From the human T2T-CHM13v2.0 reference genome, Homo sapiens: a stretch of DNA of 64,000 bases. This document shows, piece after piece, positions 54,601 to 64,000 of the stretch. Numbering within the stretch: the first letter of the stretch is position 1; the number at the start of each line of letters is the position of its first letter. The notes below the pieces were generated by a model. It was not told the DNA's origin and did not search any database. It saw nothing but the letters and a program-made list of their open reading frames with translations. Made by a program: the position numbers and the translations under genes. The DNA lies in assembly GCF_009914755.1 (NCBI RefSeq), contig NC_060935.1; one strand, written 5' to 3'.

Positions 54601-57600
54601 CTTTCAAACACTCTTTTTGTAGAATCTGCAAGTGGATATTTGGACCACTTTGTGGCCTTCCTTTGAAAAGGGTATATCTTCACATCAAACCTAGACAGAG
54701 GCATTCTCAGAATGTTTCCTGTGATGACTGCATTCAACTCACAGAGGTGAACAATCCTGTTGATGGAGCAGTTTTGAAACTCTCTTTCTTTGGATTCTGC
54801 AAGTGGATATGTGGACCTCTGTGAAGATTTCGTTGGAAACGGGTTCATCTTCACAGAAAAACTAAACAGAAGCATTCTCAGAAACTGCTTTGTGATGTTT
54901 GTGTTCCACTTCAGGAATTGAACTTTCCTCTTGAAAGAGCAGCTCTGAAACCCTCTTTTTCTAGAATCTGCAAGTGGACATTTGGAGGGCTTCGAGGCCT
55001 GTGGTGGAAAAGGAAAATCTTCACATAAAAACTAGATTGAAGCATTCTCAGAAACTACTTTGTGATGATTGCATTCGACTCACAGAGTTGAACATTCCTA
55101 TAGATAGAGCAGGTTGTAAACAATCTTTTTGTAGAATCTGCGATTGGAGATTTGGACTGCTTTGAGGCCTACTGTAGTAAAGGAAATAACTTCATCTAAA
55201 AACCAAACGGAAGCATTCACAGACAATTCTTAGTGATCATTGGATTGAACTAACAGAGCTGAACATTCCTTTAGATGGAGCAGTTTCCAAACCCACTTTC
55301 TGTAGAATCTGCAAGTGGATATTTGGACTTCTCTGAGGATTTCGTTGGAAACGGGATAAACTTCCCAGAACTACACGGAAGCATTCTGAGAAACTTCTTT
55401 GAGATGTTTGCATTCAACTCACAGAGATGAACCTTGCTTTCATAGTTCAGCTTTCAAACACTCTTTTTGTAGAATCTGCAAGTGGATATTTGGACCACTT
55501 TGTGGCCTTCCTTCGAAACGGGTATATCTTCACATCAAACCTAGACAGAAACATTCTCAGAATGTTTCCTGTGATGACTGCATTCAACTCACAGAGGTGA
55601 ACAATCCTGTTGATGGAGCAGTTTTCAAACTCTCTTTCTTTGGATTCTGCAAGTTGATATGTGGACCTCTGTGAAGATTTCGTTGGAAACGGGTTCATCT
55701 TCACAGGAAAACTAAACAGAAGCATTCTCAGAAACTGCTTTGTGATGTTTGTGTTCCACTTCAAGAATTGAACTTTCCTCTTGACAGAGCAGCTCTGAAA
55801 CCCTCTTTTTCTAGAATCTGCAAGTGGACATTTGGAGGGCTTTGAGGCCTGTGGTGGAAAAGGAAAATCTTCACATAAAAACTTTATGGAAGCATTCTCA
55901 GAAACTGCTTTGTGATGATTGCATTCGACTCACAGAGTTGAACATTCCTATAGATAGAGCAGGTTGTAAACAATCTTTTTGTAGAATCTGCGATTGGAGA
56001 TTTGGACTGCTTTGAGGCCTACTGTAGTAAAGGAAATAACTTCATCTAAAAACCAAACGGAAGCATTCACAGACAATTCTTAGTGATCATTGGATTGAAC
56101 TAACAGAGCTGAACATTCCTTTAGATGGAGCAGTTTCCAAACACACTTTCTGTAGAATCTGCAAGTGGATATTTGGACTTCTCTGAGGATTTCGTTGGAA
56201 ACGGGATAAACTTCCCAGAAGTACACGGAACCATTGTGAGAAACTTCTTTGTGATGTTTGCATTCAACTCACAGAGTTGAACCTTGCTTTCATAGTTCAG
56301 GTTTCAAACACTCTTTTTGTAGAATCTGCAAGTGGATATTTGGACCACTTTGTGGCCTTCCTTCGAAACGGGTATATCTTCACATCAAACCTAGACAGAA
56401 GCATTCTCAGAATGTTTCCTGTGATGACTGCATTCAACTCATAGAGGTGAACAATCCTGCTGATGGAGCAGTTTTGAAACTCTCTTTCTTTGGATTCTGC
56501 AAGTGGATATGTGGACCTCTGTGAAGATTTCGTTGGAAACGGGTTCATCTTCACAGAAAAACTAAACAGAAGCATTCTCAGAAACTGCTTTGTGATGTTT
56601 GTGTTCCACTTCAGGAATTGAACTTTCCTCTTGACAGAGCAGCTCTGAAACCCTCTTATTCTAGAATCTGCAAGTGGACATTTGGAGGGCTTTGAGGCCT
56701 GTGGTGGAAAAGGAAAATCTTCACATAAAAACTAGATGGAAGCATTCTCAGAAACTACTTTTTGATGATTGCATTCGACTCACAGAGTTGAACATTCCTA
56801 TAGATAGAGCAGGTTGTAAACAATCTTTTTGTAGAATCTGCGATTGGAGATTTGGACTGCTTTGAGGCCTACTGTAGTAAAGGAAATAACTTCATCTAAA
56901 AACCAAACGGAAGCATTCACAGACAATTCTTAGTGATCATTGGATTGAACTAACAGAGCTGAACATTCCTTTAGATGGAGCAGTTTCCAAACACACTTTC
57001 TGTAGAATCTGCAAGTGGATATTTGGACTTCTCTGAGGATTTCGTTGGAAACGGGATAAACTTCCCAGAACTACACGGAAGCATTGTGAGAAACTTCTTT
57101 GTGATGTTTGCATTCAACTCACAGAGTTGAACCTTGCTTTCATAGTTCAGCTTTCAAACACTCTTTTTGTAGAATCTGCAAGTGGATATTTGGACCACTT
57201 TGTGGCCTTCCTTCGAAACGGGTATATCTTCACATCAAACCTAGACAGAAGCATTCTCAGAATGTTTCCTGTGATGACTGCATTCAACTCACAGAGGTGA
57301 ACAATCCTGTTGATGGAGCAGTTTTGAAACTCTCTTTCTTTGGATTCTGCAAGTGGATATGTGGACCTCTGTGAAGATTTCGTTGGAAACGGGTTCATCT
57401 TCACAGAAAAACTAAACAGAAGCATTCTCAGAAACTGCTTTGTGATGTTTGTGTTCCACTTCAGGAATTGAACTTTCCTCTTGAAAGAGCAGCTCTGAAA
57501 CCCTCTTTTTCTGGAATCTGCAAGTGGATATTTGGAGGGATTTGAGGCCTGTGGTGGAAAAGGAAAATCTTCACATAAAAACTAGATGGAAGCATTCTCA

Positions 57601-59099
57601 GAAACTACTTTGTGATGATTGCATTCGACTCACAGAGTTGAACATTCCTATAGATAGAGCAGGTTGTAAACAATCTTTTTGTAGAATCTGCGATTGGAGA
57701 TTTGGACTGCTTTGAGGCCTACTGTAGTAAAGGAAATAACTTCATCTAAAAACCAAACGGAAGCATTCACAGACAATTCTTAGTGATCATTGGATTGAAC
57801 TAACAGAGCTGAACATTCCTTTAGATGGAGCAGTTTCCAAACACACTTTCTGTAGAATCTGCAAGTGGATATTTGGACTTCTCTGAGGATTTCGTTGGAA
57901 ACGGGATAAACTTCCCAGAACTACACGGAAGCATTGTGAGAAACTTCTTTGTGATGTTTGCATTCAACTCACAGAGTTGAACCTTGCTTTCATAGCTCAG
58001 CTTTCAAACACTCTTTTTGTAGAATCTGCAAGTGGATATTTGGACCACTTTGTGGCCTTCCTTCGAAACGGGTATATCTTCACATCAAACCTAGACAGAA
58101 GCATTCTCAGAATGTTTCCTGTGATGACTGCATTCAACTCACAGAGGTGAACAATCCTGCTGATGGAGCAGTTTTGAAACTCTCTTTCTTTGGATTCTGC
58201 AAGTGGATATGTGGACCTCTGTGAAGATTTCGTTGGAAAAGGGTTCATCTTCACAGAAAAACTAAACAGGAGCATTCTCAGAAACTGCTTTGTGATGTTT
58301 GTGTTCCACTTCGAGAATTGAACTTTCCTCTTGACAGAGCAGCTCTGAAACCCTCTTTTTCTAGAATCTGGAAGTGGACATTTGGAGGGCTTTGAGGCCT
58401 GTGGTGGAAAAGGAAAATCTTCACATAAAAACTAGATGGAAGCATTCTCAGAAACTACTTTGTGATGATTGCATTCGACTCACAGAGTTGAACATTCCTA
58501 TAGATAGAGCAGGTTGTAAACAATCTTTTTGTAGAATCTGCGATTGGAGATTTGGACTGCTTTGAGGCCTACTGTAGTAAAGGAAATAACTTCATCTAAA
58601 AACCAAACGGAAGCATTCACAGACAATTCTTAGTGATCATTGGATTGAACTAACAGAGCTGAACATTCCTTTAGATGGCGCAGTTTCCAAACACACTTTC
58701 TGTAGAATCTGCAAGTGGATATTTGGACCTCTCTGAGGATTTCGTTGGAAACGGGATAAACTTCCCAGAACTACACGGAAGCATGCTGAGAAACTTCTTT
58801 GTGATGTTTGCATTCAACTCACAGAGCTGAACCTTGCTTTCATAGTTCAGCTTTCAAACACTCTTTTTGTAGAATCTGCAAGTGGATATTTGGACCACTT
58901 TGTGGCCTTCCTTCGAAACGGGTATATCTTCACATCAAACCTAGACAGAAGCATTCTCAGAATGTTTCCTGTGATGACTGCATTCAACTCACAGAGGTGA
59001 ACAATCCTGCTGATGGAGCAGTTTTGAAACTCTCTTTCTTTGGATTCTGCAAGTGGATATGTGGACCTCTGTGAAGATTTCGTTGGAAACGGGTTCATC

Positions 59100-62000
59100 T
59101 TCACAGAAAAACTAAACAGAAGCATTCTCAGAAACTGCTTTGTGATGTTTGTGTTCCACTTCAGGAATTGAACTTTCCTCTTGACAGAGCAGCTCTGAAA
59201 CCCTCTTTTTCTAGAATCTGCAAGTGGACATTTGGAGGGCTTCGAGGCCTGTGGTGGAAAAGGAAAATCTTCACATAAAAACTAGATGGAAGCATTCTCA
59301 GAAACTACTTTGTGATGATTGCATTCGACTCACAGAGTTGAACATTCCTATAGATAGAGCAGGTTGTAAACAATGTTTTTGTAGAATCTGCGATTGGAGA
59401 TTTGGACTGCTTTGAGGCCTACTGTAGTAAAGGAAATAACTTCATCTAAAAACCAAACGGAAGCATTCACAGACAATTCTTAGTGATCATTGGATTGAAC
59501 TAACGGAGCTGAACATTCCTTTAGATGGAGCAGTTTCCAAACCCACTTTCTGTAGAATCTGCAAGTGGATATTTGGACTTCTCTGAGGATTTCGTTGGAA
59601 ACGGGATAAACTTCCCAGAACTACACGGAAGCATTCTGAGAAACTTCTTTGTGATGTTTGCATTCAACTCACAGAGTTGAACCTTGCTTTCATAGTTCAG
59701 CTTTCAAACACTCTTTTTGTAGAATCTGCAACTGGATATTTGGACCACTTTGTGGCCTTCCTTCGAAACGGGTATATCTTCACATCAAACCTAGACAGAA
59801 GCATTCTCAGAATGTTTCCTGTGATGACTGCATTCAACTCACAGAGGTGAACAATCCTGTTGATGGAGCAGTTTTGAAACTCTCTTTCTTTGGATTCTGC
59901 AAGTTGATATGTGGACCTCTGTGAAGATTTCGTTAGAAACGGGTTCATCTTCACAGAAAAACTAAACAGGAGCATTCTCAGAAACTGCTTTGTGATGTTT
60001 TGTACCACTTCAAGAATTGAACTTTCCTCTTGACAGAGCAGCTCTGAAACCCTCTTTTTCTAGAATCTGCAAGTGGACATTTGGAGGGCTTTGAGGCCTG
60101 TGGTGGAAAAGGAAAATCTTCACATAAAAACTAGATGGAAGCATTCTCAGAAACTACTTTGTGATGATTGCATTCGACTCACAGAGTTGAACATTCCTAT
60201 AGATAGAGCAGGTTGTAAACAATGTTTTTGTAGAATCTGCGATTGGAGATTTGGACTGCTTTGAGGCCTACTGTAGTAAAGGAAATAACTTCATCTAAAA
60301 ACCAATCGGAAGCATTCACAGACAATTCTTAGTGATCATTGGATTGAACTAACAGAGCTGAACATTCCTTTAGATGGAGCAGTTTCCAAACACACTTTCT
60401 GTAGAATCTGCAAGTGGATATTTGGACTTCTCTGAGGATTTCGTTGGAAACGGGATAAACTTCCCAGAACTACACGGAAGCATTCTGAGAAACTTCTTTG
60501 TGATGTTTGCATTCAACTCACAGAGTTGAAACTTGCTTTCATAGTTCAGCTTTCAAACACTCTTTTTGTAGAATCTGCAAGTGGATATTTGGACCACTTT
60601 GTGGCCTTCCTTCGAAACGGGTATATCTTCACATCAAACCTAGACAGAAGCATTCTCAGAATGTTTCCTGTGATGACTGCATTCAACTCACAGAGGTGAA
60701 CAATCCTGCTGATGGAGCAGTTTTGAAACTCTCTTTCTTTGGATTCTGCAAGTGGATATGTGGACCTCTGTGAAGATTTCGTTGGAAACGGGTTCATCTT
60801 CACAGAAAAACTAAACAGAAGCATTCTCAGAAACTGCTTTGTGATGTTTGTGTTCCACTTCAGGAATTGAACTTTCCTCTTGACAGAGCAGCTCTGAAAC
60901 CCTCTTTTTCTAGAATCTGCAAGTGGACATTTGGAGGGCTTCGAGGCCTGTGGTGGAAAAGGAAAATCTTCACATAAAAACTAGATGGAAGCATTCTCAG
61001 AAACTACTTTGTGATGATTGCATTCGACTCACAGAGTTGAACATTCCTATAGATAGAGCAGGTTGTAAACAATCTTTTTGTAGAATCTGCGATTGGAGAT
61101 TTGGACTGCTTTGAGGCCTACTGTAGTAAAGGAAATAACTTCATCTAAAAACCAAACGGAAGCATTCACAGACAATTCTTAGTGATCATTGGATTGAACT
61201 AACGGAGCTGAACATTCCTTTAGATGGAGCAGTTTCCAAACCCACTTTCTGTAGAATCTGCAAGTGGATATTTGGACTTCTCTGAGGATTTCGTTGGAAA
61301 CGGGATAAACTTCCCAGAACTACACGGAAGCATTGTGAGAAACTTCTTTGTGATGTTTGCATTCAACTCACAGAGTTGAACCTTGCTTTCACAGTTCAGC
61401 TTTCAAACACTCTTTTTGTAGAATCTGCAAGTGGATATTTGGACCACTTTGTGGCCTTCCTTCGAAACGGGTATATCTTCACATCAAACCTAGACAGAAG
61501 CATTCTCAGAATGTTTCCTGTGATGACTGCATTCAACTCACAGAGGTGAACCATCCTGTTGATGGAGCAGTTTTGAAACTCTCTTTCTTTGGATTCTGCA
61601 AGTTGATATGTGGACCTCTGTGAAGATTTCGTTGGAAACGGGTTCATCTTCACAGAAAAACTAAACAGAAGCATTCTCAGAAACTGCTTTGTGATGTTTG
61701 TGTTCCACTTCAGGAATTGAACTTTCCTCTTGACAGAGCAGCTCTGAAACCCTCTTATTCTAGAATCTGCAAGTGGACATTTGGAGGGCTTTGAGGCCTG
61801 TGGTGGAAAAGGAAAATCTTCACATAAAAACTAGATGGAAGCATTCTCAGAAACTACTTTGTGATGATTGCATTCGACTCACAGAGTTGAACATTCCTAT
61901 AGATAGAGCAGGTTGTAAACACTCTTTTTGTAGAATCTGCGATTGGAGATTTGGACTGCCTTGAGGCCTACTGTAGTAAAGGAAATAACTTCATCTAAAA

Positions 62001-63450
62001 ACCAAACAGAAGCATTCACAGACAATTTTTAGTGATCATTGGATTCAACTAACAGAGCTGAACATTCCTTTAGATGGAGCAGTTTCCAAACCCACTTTCT
62101 GTAGAATCTGCAAGTGGATATTTGGACTTCTCTGAGGATTTTGTTGGAAACGGGATAAACTTCCCAGAACTACACGGAAGCATTGTGAGAAACTTCTTTG
62201 TGATGTTTGCATTCAACTCACAGAGTTGAACCTTGCTTTCATAGTTCAGCTTTCAAACACTCTTTTTGTAGAATCTGCAAGTGGATATTTGGACCACTTT
62301 GTGGCCTTCCTTCGAAACGGGTATATCTTCACATCAAACCTAGACAGAAGCATTCTCAGAATGTTTCCTGTGATGACTGCATTCAACTCACAGAGGTGAA
62401 CAATCCTGTTGATGGAGCAGTTTTGAAACTCTCTTTCTTTGGATTCTGCAAGTGGATATGTGGACCTCTGTGAAGATTTCGTTGGAAACGGGTTCATCTT
62501 CACAGAAAAACTAAACAGAAGCATTCTCAAAAACTGCTTTGTGATGTTTGTGTTCCACTTCAGGAATTGAACTTTCCTCTTGAAAGAGCAGCTCTGAAAC
62601 CCTCTTTTTCTGGAATCTGCAAGTGGACATTTGGAGGGCTTCGAGGCCTGTGGTGGAAAAGGAAAATCTTCACATAAAAACTAGATGGAAGCATTCTCAG
62701 AAACTACTTTGTGATGATTGCATTCGACTCACAGAGTTGAACATTCCTATAGATAGAGCAGGTTGTAAACAATCTTTTTGTAGAATCTGCGATTGGAGAT
62801 TTGGACTGCTTTGAGGCCTACTGTAGTAAAGGAAATAACTTCATCTAAAAACCAAACGGAAGCATTCACAGACAATTCTTAGTGATCATTGGATTGAACT
62901 AACGGAGCTGAACATTCCTTTAGATGGAGCAGTTTCCAAACCCACTTTCTGTAGAATCTGCAAGTGGATATTTGGACTTCTCTGAGGATTTCGTTGGAAA
63001 CGGGATAAACTTCCCAGAACTACACGGAAGCATTCTGAGAAACTTCTTTGTGATGTTTGCATTCAACTCACAGAGTTGAACCTTGCTTTCATAGTTCAGC
63101 TTTCAAACACTCTTTTTGTAGAATCTGCAAGTGGATATTTGGACCACTTTGTGGCCTTCCTTCGAAACGGGTATATCTTCACATCAAACCTAGACAGAAG
63201 CATTCTCAGAATGTTTCCTGTGATGACTGCATTCAACTCACAGAGGTGAACAATCCTGTTGATGGAGCAGTTTTGAAACTCTCTTTCTTTGGATTCTGCT
63301 AGTTGATATGTGGACCTCTGTGAAGATTTCGTTGGAAACGGGTTCATCTTCACAGAAAAGCTAAACAGGAGCATTCTCAGAAACTGCTTTGTGATGTTTT
63401 GTACCACTTCAAGAATTGAACTTTCCTCTTGACAGAGCAGCTCTGAAACC
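59100..63450 (+). repeat. Older two-HOR (about 1700-bp) periodic block, three diverged copies
   Basis: TTCGAGG at 59243/60942/62642, AACGGAG at 59505/61204/62904 and AGTTGAT at 59905/61604/63304. An identical 1-bp deletion plus substitution occurs at about 60001 and about 63400. Confidence 0.8.
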
Positions 63451-64000
63451 CTCTTTTTCTAGAATCTGGAAGTGGACATTTGGAGGGCTTTGAGGCCTGT
63501 GGTGGAAAAGGAAAATCTTCACATAAAAACTAGATGGAAGCATGCTCAGAAACTACTTTGAGATGATTGCATTCGACTCACAGAGTTGAACATTCCTATA
63601 GATAGAGCAGGTTGTAAACAATCTTTTTGTAGAATCTGCGATTGGAGATTTGGATTGCTTTGAGGCCTACTGTAGTAAAGGAAATAACTTCATCTAAAAA
63701 CCAAACGGAAGCATTCACAGACAATTCTTAGTGATCATTGCATTGAACTAACAGAGCTGAACATTCCTTTATATGGCGCAGTTTCCAAACACACTTTCTG
63801 TAGAATCTGCAAGTGGATATTTGGACCTCTCTGAGGATTTCGTTGGAAACGGGATAAACTTCCCAGAACTACACGGAAGCATTGTGAGAAACTTCTTTGT
63901 GATGTTTGCATTCAACTCACAGAGTTGAACCTTGCTTTCATAGTTCAGCTTTCAAACACTCTTTTTGTAGAATCTGCAAGTGGATATTTGGACCACTTTG

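Larger units (their letters stand above)
1..64000 (+). repeat. D11Z1: Centromeric alpha-satellite higher-order repeat array: 850-bp 5-mer HOR (SF3), most likely human chr11 D11Z1, about 75.3 tandem copies
   Basis: The ~171-bp monomers carry alphoid hallmarks (AAGCATTCTCAGAAACT, TGTGATG..TGCATTCAACTCACAGAG, TAGAATCTGCAAGTGGATATTTGG). There is an exact 850-bp period: the first CENP-B box starts at 92 and the 76th at 63838 (= 92 + 75x850 - 4). The ORF track repeats every 850 bp. One XbaI site per HOR matches the classical 0.85-kb XbaI pentamer of chr11. The other SF3 arrays have longer HORs (DXZ1 12-mer, D17Z1 16-mer). Alpha-satellite identity is certain; the chromosome call is from established knowledge. 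Confidence 0.95.

Noticed and set aside
1288-59935. CENP-B box variants at 1288, 2138, 10635 and 59935 as inactivating changes
   Set aside because: They fall at non-essential N positions of NTTCGNNNNANNCGGGN, so they were not counted as box losses.
160-63407. About 220 short ORFs (63, 88 and 92-112 aa) repeated on both strands
   Set aside because: These are chance open frames in alpha-satellite that repeat every 850 bp. Most start at TTG/GTG/CTG, they overlap in antisense, and they are freely broken by stops and frameshifts. I recognise no protein domain and see no sign of coding constraint.
1-64000. CRISPR-like array or novel repeat-associated genetic system
   Set aside because: There are no unique spacers and no cas or other genes. 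All sequence belongs to the tandem 850-bp unit of a well-known satellite family.
1-64000. LINE-1/Alu insertion, inversion or variant-length HOR
   Set aside because: The 850-bp register holds from the first to the last box apart from four single-base deletions. No poly(A) tails, foreign sequence or strand switch were seen.

Overview
The whole 64 kb window is one uninterrupted, single-orientation, head-to-tail array of primate centromeric alpha-satellite DNA. It is organised as an 850-bp, five-monomer higher-order repeat (HOR; monomer spacings 167+171+171+170+171 bp), with about 75.3 copies. The B-B*-B-A-A box pattern (suprachromosomal family 3), the pentameric length and one XbaI site per HOR match the human chromosome 11 active centromere array D11Z1. 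That assignment rests on recognition, not on a database search. Each HOR carries two intact CENP-B boxes, one degenerate B box and two A/pJalpha-type boxes. I found no genes, transposon insertions, inversions, CRISPR arrays or monomer-number HOR variants. All listed ORFs are repeat artefacts. I see no new biological system. The informative structure lies in shared single-base variants between HOR copies. These reveal nested tandem duplications of 2, 3 and 5 HORs, a duplication junction mappable to about 36 bp, and possible older 9-, 12- and 23-HOR relationships. They also show amplified patches lacking CENP-B boxes and a CpG mutation pattern in the boxes that is dominated by transversions. Variant positions were read by eye and should be confirmed by alignment.
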